Below, piece after piece: positions 19,754 to 29,800 of a DNA stretch of 64,000 bases (its first letter is position 1; every line of letters starts with the position of its first letter). The position numbers and the translations under genes are program-made. This DNA comes from Bacteroidota bacterium (lineage in GTDB: Bacteria; Bacteroidota; Bacteroidia; Bacteroidales; UBA10428), in contig QKEH01000137.1 in assembly GCA_003252385.1 (NCBI GenBank), positions 6,598-70,597 of the forward strand, read 5' to 3'. The notes under the pieces are model-generated. The model searched no databases, was not told the origin of the DNA, and saw nothing but the letters and a program-made list of their open reading frames with translations.

Positions 19754-22270
19754 ATGGCTGAAGGAGAAAGAATAGTAAAAATTAATATTGAGGAGGAAAT
19801 GAAATCGGCCTACATCGATTATTCGATGTCGGTGATTGTTTCCAGAGCCTTGCCCGATGTCCGTGATGGTTTAAAACCGGTGCACCGCAGGGTGCTTTTC
19901 GGCATGTCGGAGCTGGGCGTATTTGCCAACCGTCCTTTCAAAAAGTCAGCCCGTATTGTTGGTGAAGTGTTGGGTAAGTACCACCCGCATGGCGATAGTT
20001 CGGTATACGATGCCATGGTCCGTATGGCTCAGGACTGGTCGTTACGCTATCCGCTGGTGGACGGACAGGGAAACTTTGGGTCGATGGACGGCGATAGTCC
20101 GGCGGCCATGCGTTATACGGAAGCACGCCTCCAGCGGGTAGCCGAAGAGACCTTGGCCGATCTGGATAAAAATACGGTCGATTTCCAGCTTAATTTTGAT
20201 GATTCACTTGAGGAACCCACCGTATTACCTACCCGTATTCCCAACCTGCTGGTTAACGGAGCCTCCGGTATTGCCGTGGGTATGGCCACCAATATGGCTC
20301 CACATAACATCCGCGACGTAATCAATGCCACCATTGCCTACATAGATAACCACGAGGTTGAAACGGAAACTCTGATACAGCTTATTAAAGCACCAGATTT
20401 TCCAACAGGCGGTATTATATATGGTTATCAAGGTGTTAAAGATGCCTATGAGACGGGTAGGGGACGTATTGTTTTACGTGCTAAAACCGAGATTGAAATA
20501 ACCGAATCGGGACGCGAGCGTATTGTGGTTACCGAAGTTCCCTACCAGGTGAATAAGGCTGAAATGATCAAGAAGATCGCCGAAATGATTAACGAGAAAA
20601 AACTGGAAGGTATCTCGTACATCAACGACGAATCGGATCGGAGCGGACTACGTGTTGTAATTATCCTTAAAAAAGAGGCCCAATCGGGCGTCGTATTAAA
20701 TAAGCTCTTTAAATATTCGCAACTGCAAACCAGCTTCAGTGTTAATAACATAGCCTTGGTTGCGGGTCGTCCGCGTCTGTTAACCCTGCGCGACATGTTG
20801 AAGCACTTTGTGGAACACCGGCACGAAGTAGTTACCCGCCGTACCCAATACGATCTGGAACAATCAGAGAAGAAAGCGCACATACTGGAGGGTTTAATCA
20901 TTGCGGTAGATAATGTGGACGAAGTCATCCAGCTCATCCGTTCCTCCAAAACCCCCGACGAAGCCCGCGATGGGCTGATGGAGCGCTTCCAGCTTTCTGA
21001 AATTCAAGCCAAAGCCATTTTGGAGATGCGGCTCCAGCGTCTTACTGGTTTGGAAATTGAAAAGTTACGGGCCGAATACGACGAGCTGATGAAGCACATT
21101 GCCTGGTTGAAGGAAGTGCTGGCCAGCGAAGCGCTGCGGATGGATATCATTAAAAACGAACTGCTGGAAGTAAAAGAAAAATACGGCGATGAGCGCCGTA
21201 CCGAGATCGTTCCCAACGCCGAAGAATTTAATCCTGAAGATTTCTACGCCGACGAGGATATGATTATTACCATATCGCATCTGGGCTATATCAAGCGTAC
21301 CCCGCTAACCGAGTTCCGCACCCAGAACCGGGGAGGGGTGGGTTCCAAAGGCAGTGTAACCCGCGACGAGGATTTCCTGGAACACATGTTCCACGCCACC
21401 ATGCACAATACCCTGTTATTTTTTACAGAACATGGTAAGTGCTTCTGGCACAGGGTGTATCAAATACCTGAAGGTATGCGTACTTCAAAAGGACGCGCCA
21501 TTCAGAACCTGATTAATATTGATGCAGAGGACAAGGTTAAGGCCTTTATCATAGTGAAGAACTTTACGGATCCGGAATACCTAAAAGACAAATATATAGT
21601 GATGGCCACCCGGAAAGGGGTGATTAAAAAAACGGCATTGGAGGCCTACAGTCGACCGAGGTCGAACGGAATTATTGCCATCAATGTCAGGGAAGGAGAC
21701 AACCTCATTCAGGCACGGCTTACCGATGGAAAAATGGATCTGATGCTTGCGGTTCGTTCGGGTAAAGCCATTCGTTTCCCCGAGCAGGCTACCCGCGATA
21801 TGGGCCGTACTGCCTCTGGTGTGCGCGGAATCCGCCTGGCCGATGAGCAGGATGATGTAGTGGGTATGGTATGTGTGGATCCGAACAACGAGCACACCAC
21901 CATTCTGGTTGTATCGGAAAAAGGCTACGGCAAACGCACTCAACTGGAAGATTACCGGATTACCAACCGGGGTGGTAAGGGAGTAAAAACCATCAACATC
22001 ACGGAAAAAACCGGTAAGCTGATATCTATCAAATCGGTAACCGACCAGGACGACCTGATGATTATCAATCGTTCGGGACTTACCATTCGTTTGGCAGTTG
22101 AAGACCTGCGGGTAGCAGGAAGAGCCACCCAGGGGGTACGTTTGATCAACCTGCGAGACAACGATGCTATTGCCGCCGTATGTAGCGTGGTGAAAAGTGA
22201 AGAAACGGAAAGTCCGGAAACGGAAGCGAAGGAGCAATCAACCTTGGATGAAGTAGAAGGACAAGAATAG
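19754..22270 (+). CDS. gyrA: DNA gyrase subunit A
   Basis: Contains the AAMRYTE active-site Tyr motif, the QRDR-type segment [10 protein letters not shown], and C-terminal beta-pinwheel repeats. Confidence 0.97.
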   Translation: MAEGERIVKINIEEEMKSAYIDYSMSVIVSRALPDVRDGLKPVHRRVLFGMSELGVFANRPFKKSARIVGEVLGKYHPHGDSSVYDAMVRMAQDWSLRYPLVDGQGNFGSMDGDSPAAMRYTEARLQRVAEETLADLDKNTVDFQLNFDDSLEEPTVLPTRIPNLLVNGASGIAVGMATNMAPHNIRDVINATIAYIDNHEVETETLIQLIKAPDFPTGGIIYGYQGVKDAYETGRGRIVLRAKTEIEITESGRERIVVTEVPYQVNKAEMIKKIAEMINEKKLEGISYINDESDRSGLRVVIILKKEAQSGVVLNKLFKYSQLQTSFSVNNIALVAGRPRLLTLRDMLKHFVEHRHEVVTRRTQYDLEQSEKKAHILEGLIIAVDNVDEVIQLIRSSKTPDEARDGLMERFQLSEIQAKAILEMRLQRLTGLEIEKLRAEYDELMKHIAWLKEVLASEALRMDIIKNELLEVKEKYGDERRTEIVPNAEEFNPEDFYADEDMIITISHLGYIKRTPLTEFRTQNRGGVGSKGSVTRDEDFLEHMFHATMHNTLLFFTEHGKCFWHRVYQIPEGMRTSKGRAIQNLINIDAEDKVKAFIIVKNFTDPEYLKDKYIVMATRKGVIKKTALEAYSRPRSNGIIAINVREGDNLIQARLTDGKMDLMLAVRSGKAIRFPEQATRDMGRTASGVRGIRLADEQDDVVGMVCVDPNNEHTTILVVSEKGYGKRTQLEDYRITNRGGKGVKTINITEKTGKLISIKSVTDQDDLMIINRSGLTIRLAVEDLRVAGRATQGVRLINLRDNDAIAAVCSVVKSEETESPETEAKEQSTLDEVEGQE

Positions 22271-22317
22271 AATGCAGTGTGCAGGAAATACAAGTTGCAA
22301 TTTTCGCTTAGCTTTTT

Positions 22318-22325
22318 CTAACTTT
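22318..22325 (+). promoter_or_regulatory. -7 promoter box TAACTTTG upstream of the TPR gene
   Basis: TAnnTTTG match 49 nt upstream of the ATG at 22374. Confidence 0.4.
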
Positions 22326-22373
22326 GCGGCAGAAACTTTTTAAACCATAATTGACATTTAATATTCAGATACC

Positions 22374-23699
22374 ATGAACAAAGCCAAATTGTATGTAAGT
22401 GTGCTGGTTCTTTTTTTAACGGCTGCCTTGCAGGCGCAGGAAACCACAGGGGGGCCTCTGACCAATTTCCCCATATACCAGTCGAAACTTAAAAAGAGTG
22501 ACGAAGGCACTACCGATGAGAAGAAAAATAGTAGTGCAAAATTCTGGATGTCGCGTGCAGAGCTGATGATGGACATTTTTGAATTGCACCGCAATGCCTT
22601 GCGCAAAGGAACGGATGCCTTTCAGGTAGAACTGACTTATCCCGGAGCGAAAAGCAAAACCGAATCGTCGGATGCCGAAGGAAATAAGGTGGTGGAATAC
22701 GATTACGACATTCTGACCATTAAAGTAGTGAATGGCAAGGTGGATAGCTATGTGGAAAAAGTTAAATTGTGCGAAGATCCGCTGAACCAGGCCTTGCTCT
22801 CTTTGGAAAAGGCCCAGGAAACCGATGTGGAGGGCAAATTAACCAAGCGTATCCTGAGCAACTACAATCGGCTGAAAGATCTATTGAAAAACAAGGGTAT
22901 TGAAGACTATGTGGACAGTAAGTTCGAATCGTCCTACAAGGAGTTTGCGGCTATTGATGTGATTAACAGCAAAGCCATTATGGGCGGAATTGTAAACGAC
23001 ACGCTGTTGTTTTATGCTGCCATGGCGGCCTCGGAAGGCGGAATGCTCGACGAAAGCCTGAACTATTTTGAAAAAGCCGAAGCCAATCACTATGCCGATC
23101 CGGATTTGTACTACTTCCTGAAAAATAAGTATTTTGAAAAAGGCGATACCGCCAAAGGGGTAGCGGCTCTGGAAAAAGGTTTTAATCTTTATCCCGACAA
23201 TCAAACCGTACTGGTGGAATTGATCAACTATTTCCTGACTAAAGGGAAGGCAGACGCGGCTTTGGAATACATTCAAATCGCTCAGAAAGGCGATCCGAAG
23301 AACATGTCGTTTATTTTTGCCGAAGCCACGTTGTATGATAAAATGAAAGACATGGACAAGGCCGTGGCAACCTATGAAAAATGCATTGCGCTGGACCCGA
23401 CTTACTTTAATGCGTATTACAACATTGGTGTAATGTATTACAACAAGGCGGTAGACGATTTGCAGGCTGCTAATTCCATAAAGGATGGCAAGCAATACTC
23501 CGCAGCCAAAGAAGCTGCTGAAGCCTTACTGAAAAAGGCGTTGCCGTACATGGAGAAAGCTCACGAAATTAATGCTGAAGATCGTGGAACATTGGAATCG
23601 TTGAAGACCTTGTACTATCGCGATGGCAATATTGAAAAGTACAACGAAGTGAAAGCCAAACTGGAATCGCTTCCGGAACCGACCAAGGGAGGTTTGTAA
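22374..23699 (+). CDS. Secreted tetratricopeptide-repeat protein
   Basis: Signal peptide (VLFLTAALQAQ) and several TPR units (e.g. AVATYEKCIALDPTYFNAYYNIGVMYY). Confidence 0.8.
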   Translation: MNKAKLYVSVLVLFLTAALQAQETTGGPLTNFPIYQSKLKKSDEGTTDEKKNSSAKFWMSRAELMMDIFELHRNALRKGTDAFQVELTYPGAKSKTESSDAEGNKVVEYDYDILTIKVVNGKVDSYVEKVKLCEDPLNQALLSLEKAQETDVEGKLTKRILSNYNRLKDLLKNKGIEDYVDSKFESSYKEFAAIDVINSKAIMGGIVNDTLLFYAAMAASEGGMLDESLNYFEKAEANHYADPDLYYFLKNKYFEKGDTAKGVAALEKGFNLYPDNQTVLVELINYFLTKGKADAALEYIQIAQKGDPKNMSFIFAEATLYDKMKDMDKAVATYEKCIALDPTYFNAYYNIGVMYYNKAVDDLQAANSIKDGKQYSAAKEAAEALLKKALPYMEKAHEINAEDRGTLESLKTLYYRDGNIEKYNEVKAKLESLPEPTKGGL

Positions 23700-23704
23700 G
23701 ATAC

Positions 23705-23742
23705 AACCAAGGGGAGATCAAAAAGGAGCTCCCTTTGGTTTT
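23705..23742 (+). terminator. Rho-independent terminator after the TPR gene
   Basis: 12-bp stem AACCAAGGGGAG / CTCCCTTTGGTT (one G-U pair) running into TTTT. Confidence 0.65.
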
Positions 23743-23750
23743 GTACATCA

Positions 23751-24323
23751 TATTTAACATAATAATAATTATACGACATTAATTAGAGGATTTGATGGAT
23801 ACAAAGTCCCAAACTTAAGCTTCTGAGAATTGAATATTTGAATTTTATTCTATCAGAACCCGATAAATGCGTACTATTTTAAGTTGCTTGTACTACGAAA
23901 TAGATTTTAATGCTGCAGTGGGAAACCAAGTGTTAGGTTCTGCGGAGCGAGCAAAATTATCTTTCATTTTGTATTTTACAAACTTAGTGGTCGGTGTTTC
24001 GGAATTAAGTGAGTTAATTGAGACCATAAATTAAATCTAAACCCAAGACAAAAACCAAATCTGATTCTGGTTTTCATACCAATTTCATGGAGCCAAAAAC
24101 CGACTTCATTGAAAGAATAGTATAAAATCCAATGTATATGGATATATTTTTCGAAGGAGATTACCGCATAGGAGAATGGGATGTTTCTACAGATTCCTAT
24201 AGGGTAATTTCAGAACCTGTATTGTGAATGGGATTCGCTTTAGTTTATGCATTCTGAACTTTATCCGATCCAGAAATTTCAGCTTCGATACAGTGTTTTT
24301 ACGTTATTCTATTTAACATAATA
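23751..24323. repeat. 14-bp direct repeats (TATTTAACATAATA at 23751..23764 and 24310..24323) bracketing an AT-rich, ORF-free segment
   Basis: Both copies were read directly. The enclosed ~545 bp are much more AT-rich than the flanks and have no ORF of 60 aa or more in any frame. Confidence 0.6.
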
Positions 24324-24383
24324 TTTTAATCCTAAACCGCTTCACTTCCTTAGTCATGGCAAGAATTCCATACCAATTGGGCA

Positions 24384-25229
24384 TTGCATGAAACCAATAA
24401 CTCGTATCTTTGCCGAAAATTTCATTTGGAAACACTTCATTTTTGCAGCCTGAGCAGCGGAAGCAGTGGCAATTGCTACTATTTGGGGTACCAGGAAAAA
24501 GGCCTGCTGATTGATGCCGGAATTAGTGCCCTGTCCATCAAAAAACACCTGCAAAACATTGGGAAGTCCATCGGGCAAATTATGGGCATTGTGGTTACCC
24601 ACAACCACCACGACCATATTGCGGGATTGCAAACCCTGAGCAAAAAATACCATATTCCCATCTATACCACCGAAACCGTTTGGAGGCATATTCTGAGAAG
24701 CAATAAACAAAGGGAGATTGGCAGCGATTGCATACGCCATATTCAGGTGGAAAAAGAATTTGACCTTATCGGGTTTTCGATACAGGCGTTTCGGGTGTTG
24801 CATGATACTCCGGAAGCCTTGGGCTACTATATTACCTGCGGCCAGCGAAAAATTACCGTAGTTACCGATTTGGGCCATATCTGCAGTACAGCGGCCCGCT
24901 TTATCCAACTGGCCAATTTTCTGATTATCGAAAGCAATTACGACCGCGATATGCTTCTGAAGGGCACCTATCCCGAAGACCTGAAGAGACGCATCTTGGG
25001 AAAAAACGGACATCTCGAAAATTCCGAATGTGCCGATTTCTTAGCCACCCATCGAAACCCCGACCTGACCCATATTTTCCTGGCTCACCTGAGCCGCGAT
25101 AACAATACGCCGGAGCTGGCGCTAAAAACCATGACAGACCGGCTGCTTCCGGTGGCTCCCCCACCCTGCCTGCTGCCGGAAATTGCTGTTCTGCAACGAA
25201 ACAGCCCTTCAAAGGTGTACGCGCTGTAA
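24384..25229 (+). CDS. MBL-fold metallo-hydrolase (YycJ-like)
   Basis: Has the HxHxDH motif (THNHHDHIAG) and an N-terminal SLSSGSSGNCYYL. The true start may be the TTG at 24426 (METLHFCSL...). Confidence 0.85.
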   Translation: MHETNNSYLCRKFHLETLHFCSLSSGSSGNCYYLGYQEKGLLIDAGISALSIKKHLQNIGKSIGQIMGIVVTHNHHDHIAGLQTLSKKYHIPIYTTETVWRHILRSNKQREIGSDCIRHIQVEKEFDLIGFSIQAFRVLHDTPEALGYYITCGQRKITVVTDLGHICSTAARFIQLANFLIIESNYDRDMLLKGTYPEDLKRRILGKNGHLENSECADFLATHRNPDLTHIFLAHLSRDNNTPELALKTMTDRLLPVAPPPCLLPEIAVLQRNSPSKVYAL

Positions 25230-25408
25230 TTCAACACTGCTTTTGTTAATAACTTACCCCCAACCAAGCAGTATGGATATACTACTTTTGTGTTCCATTT
25301 AGCACACGATACCTGAAAAGAAAAACTGTTTAACGTAACCCGCACCAGTAACCACACTCCGCAGTTTAACTGCCTCAGCGAACCGACCTGCATCCAAACC
25401 ATTTTTAT

Positions 25409-26359
25409 ATGAAAACCCCAAAGTACATCCTACAGAATTCAGTTGCCGCCCTGCTTTTGGTATTCGGCATGCTGCCCCTGAAGGCACAAACCGATTTTAC
25501 CGAAGAAAACGCGTTCCTGCTTTTTCTCCGGCACGATACTCTGCCGGCTGATGCGTACACCGAGGAATTTATTTACCGCTTTCAGCGCGATAAGTACTAC
25601 CTGATCCGTGACGATGAATTTGAGAAACGACGAGCCGCCCGCGAACTGAAAGAACGGGTGGATGCCCTGGCAGAAAACACGGAGTACAGCCTCGAATTCC
25701 CGGCCAGTTTTGGCGACTACGACTTTGATCGTCAAGGATTTGTATTTCAGGGCTTGAGTGAAGATACCGAAATAAAAATTGTATCCCCCATTTTAGCGAC
25801 ACGGCTCAGTTCCAACGTGAGTGCCAATCTGGTGTATACCAATGCATCGGCATTGGATTTGTTTCCACTGGACGAAAACCAGGCTAATATGCTGCTGAAG
25901 GAACGAAAAAACTATAAAAACGGCAAGGTAGACAGAAGCATTACTCTTAAACTCTTCTTTACGGTGGATGAAATGCTGAAATCGACCGCCGGCGACCGGC
26001 GTTGTTCCGGCCGCCTGATTGCCACCCTTCGCAAGGTGGAGTTTCTGGCGCCCAATCAGGTTGGGTCCAAGCCTCTGGCCGCTGTCAGCCTGGTTACCGA
26101 TGAGGAGGGAAAAACAACTACCTCAACCGCACAGGCGCAAAAGTCGGGAAGCAGCAAGGGCGGTGATAAAACCGCAGCCGATCAGGCCAGCCGTGCTGTG
26201 ATTGAACAAGTGGAAAAGTTACTTTCCAATTCCGAATTGTCCGATGAATTGAAAGCGACTTTAATCAAATCGACCATTCAGTACTACGAAACCAAGCAGC
26301 AGACACAGAATGCATCATTGTATCGTCCCCAGGAAGCGATAGCCCGGGATAACCCGTAA
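25409..26359 (+). CDS. Hypothetical secreted protein
   Basis: Signal peptide (LLLVFGMLPLKAQ). A globular N-terminal part is followed by a Ser/Thr/Lys-rich low-complexity region. I recognise no motif. Confidence 0.55.
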   Translation: MKTPKYILQNSVAALLLVFGMLPLKAQTDFTEENAFLLFLRHDTLPADAYTEEFIYRFQRDKYYLIRDDEFEKRRAARELKERVDALAENTEYSLEFPASFGDYDFDRQGFVFQGLSEDTEIKIVSPILATRLSSNVSANLVYTNASALDLFPLDENQANMLLKERKNYKNGKVDRSITLKLFFTVDEMLKSTAGDRRCSGRLIATLRKVEFLAPNQVGSKPLAAVSLVTDEEGKTTTSTAQAQKSGSSKGGDKTAADQASRAVIEQVEKLLSNSELSDELKATLIKSTIQYYETKQQTQNASLYRPQEAIARDNP

Positions 26360-26400
26360 TTTTTTGAGGTATTCGGCCAACCCGCCGGTGTGCAAAGGAT

Positions 26401-27102
26401 CTATTTATTGTCCGTAGTTGAGGAGCTTCCGGTGTTGAGAAGTTTTTGCCCGAAACGATAATTAAATACCAGTGAGTACGCCACCAGATCGTCGTTATAG
26501 GACGAATTGGTAGTGGTATATCCTTCGAGGTAGTCGTTTCCTCCATGGCCGTAACTGGCCGATAATCCCGCCTGCATATACTCATTTATGGGGTAATCCA
26601 ATTCCATATTTAGCCACAACACCACACCATGGCTGGGCGTGCGGTAGTTGTCGGAGGGATGGTACCCGTAATACGGATCGACCGTAAAGCGATGCCACGA
26701 AAGATAGAACGACACTCCCCCGCCGCCATAAAGCTCCACAGGCAGCTTTACATCCAGAAAATAGGCCAATAAATTGTACTGAGCTCCCAATCCAATCTCG
26801 TGCATGGAGGTGCGTATGGTGCGTCCTCTGAAGTTAGCCGAACCCTGATCGTCGTTTTTTTGCCGGCGATACCCATACCGCAGGGTATATTTACTGCGAG
26901 GGTCGTACTGATAGACCGATGCCGCACCCAGGGTAAAGGCATTGGACTCCCTGCCTGGCAGTTTGAGCAGGCGGTCGCGGGTTTCCAAATCGGTGATAAT
27001 GTCGGAAATGCCCAGGTTGGCCTGCCACCACAAGGTGCCTGGTGCTGCGCTGGTGAATCGCATCAGGCCAAGCAGGCAACATGCAATGAGAAGCTTCCCC
27101 AT
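26401..27102 (-). CDS. Probable outer-membrane beta-barrel protein
   Basis: Signal peptide, alternating aromatic/Gly-rich strands, and a C-terminal region ...VAYSLVFNYRFGQK typical of small OM barrels. Confidence 0.55.
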   Translation of the reverse strand: MGKLLIACCLLGLMRFTSAAPGTLWWQANLGISDIITDLETRDRLLKLPGRESNAFTLGAASVYQYDPRSKYTLRYGYRRQKNDDQGSANFRGRTIRTSMHEIGLGAQYNLLAYFLDVKLPVELYGGGGVSFYLSWHRFTVDPYYGYHPSDNYRTPSHGVVLWLNMELDYPINEYMQAGLSASYGHGGNDYLEGYTTTNSSYNDDLVAYSLVFNYRFGQKLLNTGSSSTTDNK

Positions 27103-27379
27103 TTCGGCAGATTTCGATCCTCAGCATCCGGATTATGGGGACGTAAAGGATCTATTTCTCTGAATTTACAACATTTCATCCTCAAATCCTTGCTATAGGC
27201 GGATTTGTTTTAGATTGAAACCGTTAGAACTAAAAATCCAATTCTACGGATGGGATGTATTTCGGATTTTTGAAGCCGGATACAACAATCCGTGCGCAAA
27301 GTCAAGCGTGGAATCGAAAAACACCCAAAAATCATGGTCTGCATTTTCTTAAATTGGATTTTCGCTCTATTTTTAACCT

Positions 27380-28726
27380 ATGATTCCTTTTTCGAAACTT
27401 TCCGCCTATTCCAAAAAGGCCACCAGCCGACCGCAACGCCCCGGCTGGGTACCATCGGCACTGATCCGAACGGTGCCCTATATCAGCACCTCTACGGGTG
27501 CGCTAAAGTTGAAATTTTACCGGCATTTCGCCGGGTTCATTCAGGTTATCGGCTTGTATCTGATCCGGCAGCATCCGGAGTTGGACTTATTTGGACGCAA
27601 GTTGGAGGAATTGTACCATACGCCGGTTATGGGACGCAGGCTGCAATCTTTTGTTGAACTGTTGCTTCATTTTGAACTGGCTCATCTCAAAGACAATCGT
27701 CTGCAACCGAGCCGACGCTACCTGCACATTCTGCAATCGGATCATTGTTCCATCGACTGGCTGATACACAACCCGGGAAGTAAACTGCCCAAAGATCACG
27801 CGGTGTTTCAGACGCTGGCTGCCGATTACCGGTTTATCACCGACCTGATGCGGCGTTATCGGAATACCAGTTACCAGCTGCCTCATATTATCCGGAATAA
27901 GGAGCAGTGGAGCAACCTGGTGGACAGTAGTGCGCTGGACTACGAAATACGCTTGTGCGAAACGCTTTCTTACCTCACCCGGCTGCGCTTTCCGAATAAG
28001 ATAAAAAGTCCTTTTAACGAGGCGTACTACACCGAATCGGGGCGCAATGCCTTCCGGAATTACACCCAACACCGCTTTACAGCCTGCTACGGGTATTGCA
28101 CATCTGCGACCCGGGAAGCCCATACCCTGGATATTGGCTGTGGATACGGCAATTACATCCGTGTTATTCAGGAGCAGTTTCCCCTGCACCGGGTAACCGG
28201 TATCGAAATGAACCCGGAAGTCTATCGGACTACGGCTAATGCCTTTGATGGCCGCAAAAACATCCAACTGATCAACCAAAACATTTTGAATTGGGAAACT
28301 GTGGAACGTTTTGATGTGCTGTTGATTAATTACGCCATTTTTTATTTCAACCGTACCGAAAAACTTGAATTACTAAGAAAATCGCGTGCCTTGCTCAAAT
28401 CGGGTGGTTCCGTGCTGATTTGCCAGTATTTTTCGCAGTTGGAGCCCCTTAAGCAAAGACTGGCCACTTTGCAACGCGATACTTCCATCACGCAGCGTAT
28501 TGAACGCTATTTTGGGAATAAAATATTGTACGCCAATACGCTATGGAACGATTCGGTGGATACCTTTTCCGAAGCAGCCCGCTGGGACGAATTTGAAACC
28601 CTGTGCCAGGAAGCCGGCCTGCAGATTGAAAGCCTTACTCATGCCGACCGGTTCTACTATTCCCTGTTTATCCGTTTAACTGTAAAGCATACCTCTTCCG
28701 GGCCTGCTCCTGCTGAAAAGGTGTAG
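27380..28726 (+). CDS. Class I SAM-dependent methyltransferase with a ~240-aa N-terminal extension
   Basis: SAM motif I LDIGCGYGNY at aa 250-259, then VTGIEMNP and LLKSGGSVLI. The N-terminal half has no motif I recognise, and the start codon is uncertain. Confidence 0.65.
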   Translation: MIPFSKLSAYSKKATSRPQRPGWVPSALIRTVPYISTSTGALKLKFYRHFAGFIQVIGLYLIRQHPELDLFGRKLEELYHTPVMGRRLQSFVELLLHFELAHLKDNRLQPSRRYLHILQSDHCSIDWLIHNPGSKLPKDHAVFQTLAADYRFITDLMRRYRNTSYQLPHIIRNKEQWSNLVDSSALDYEIRLCETLSYLTRLRFPNKIKSPFNEAYYTESGRNAFRNYTQHRFTACYGYCTSATREAHTLDIGCGYGNYIRVIQEQFPLHRVTGIEMNPEVYRTTANAFDGRKNIQLINQNILNWETVERFDVLLINYAIFYFNRTEKLELLRKSRALLKSGGSVLICQYFSQLEPLKQRLATLQRDTSITQRIERYFGNKILYANTLWNDSVDTFSEAARWDEFETLCQEAGLQIESLTHADRFYYSLFIRLTVKHTSSGPAPAEKV

Positions 28727-28744
28727 CTCCTGAATTCCCTCGTC

Positions 28745-29800
28745 TTACTTGGAATGGGTGGTAAAGAAATTCTCCACCTGCTCGTTCCAGCTTTTGAGTT
28801 CGCGGTTGCGCGAGTCGTTCGAAGCGTTCATGATCTGGTTTACCTTGTTTACCGATGTATTATATTCCTGTCTGGCTGTATTCATGCGGTTGACATCCTC
28901 CTGGGTTCGTTCATTTTTGCTTTTGGACTCGAAGGCTTTCTGAATCTTTTCAAAATTGTCCTTCTTTACATAGAAATCCGAAATGGCCGGAAAATCTTCT
29001 TCGGCTTCGCGCTGGTAAAAATGCAATATACGTTGTACAGCTGTTTTCAGAATGGCATCGCCCCGATAGCTTTCCAGCGATTTGGCTTTGGTGAGGCTTT
29101 CGTCGCAATACTGAACAAAAGTAGCGGTATTCTGAGCCAGTGCGGTAATGTCGTTGCGCTGCATGGCATCCAGCACGTAGGCTTCCTGCTTGTAGCATTT
29201 AAAAAAGATCAGGTAAACCTGGTTGTAATAGGATAAGGACTCGCTGGCTTTGCGTATTTTCTCGGAGGTTTTATCCTTCTCGGCTGCCAACAGGGTGATT
29301 CCGTATTTTTCGGCGAAGGCCGCCTGAACGGTCACCACGCTGTCGAAGGCACTGCTAAGTTTATCGTTAGCCTTTTCCTTGGCTAATAAGTAGGCTTCCA
29401 TCAAATCGTACGATTGCTCGGCTATGTCTTCCATATCGAGTATCTTGTCGAAATCCTCTTTGAGTACAATATAGCTCAGTTCAAGGTAATTCACCACGGC
29501 ATCGCGCAGGCTGACATCGGATTCGTAAGCGGCTTTCTTTTTAACTTCGAATTTGGACGATTTTAGCTGAGCGAGCAAATCCTGGCGTGCGCTTTCCACT
29601 TTTCGACCGCCCCTTCCCCGGGTAACGGCTTTGAGATAGTTCCAGGTATCGTCCTTGGTTTTTTCCAGGGGCACCATTAAGCTGCTCATGTATTCCACGG
29701 GGCTGGCAGCTTTTACAGGAAGCGATGCGCTGAGCAGCCACAGGCCGGCAATAATAAACCAACGGTAGATTCTAATTTTCATCAGGTAATAATTTTTCAA
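28745..29800 (-). CDS. Hypothetical secreted helical/coiled-coil protein
   Basis: Signal peptide (IIAGLWLLSASLPVKA); an alternative start lies at 29782. Lys/Glu-rich helical sequence. It overlaps the stop of the upstream S41 peptidase gene by 11-29 nt. Confidence 0.55.
   Translation of the reverse strand: MKNYYLMKIRIYRWFIIAGLWLLSASLPVKAASPVEYMSSLMVPLEKTKDDTWNYLKAVTRGRGGRKVESARQDLLAQLKSSKFEVKKKAAYESDVSLRDAVVNYLELSYIVLKEDFDKILDMEDIAEQSYDLMEAYLLAKEKANDKLSSAFDSVVTVQAAFAEKYGITLLAAEKDKTSEKIRKASESLSYYNQVYLIFFKCYKQEAYVLDAMQRNDITALAQNTATFVQYCDESLTKAKSLESYRGDAILKTAVQRILHFYQREAEEDFPAISDFYVKKDNFEKIQKAFESKSKNERTQEDVNRMNTARQEYNTSVNKVNQIMNASNDSRNRELKSWNEQVENFFTTHSK

Noticed and set aside
21581-22293. Minus-strand ORFs of 218 aa and 113 aa inside gyrA
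   Set aside because: Antisense shadows of gyrA. No coding signature or motifs.
24354-25013. 219-aa minus-strand ORF opposite the MBL-fold hydrolase gene
   Set aside because: The + strand frame carries the HxHxDH metallo-beta-lactamase motif. The minus frame has no recognisable features.
27292-27657. 121-aa ORF overlapping the 5' end of the methyltransferase gene in another frame
   Set aside because: The two ORFs are mutually exclusive. The longer frame continues into a clear SAM-binding fold. The short ORF only signals uncertainty about the true start.
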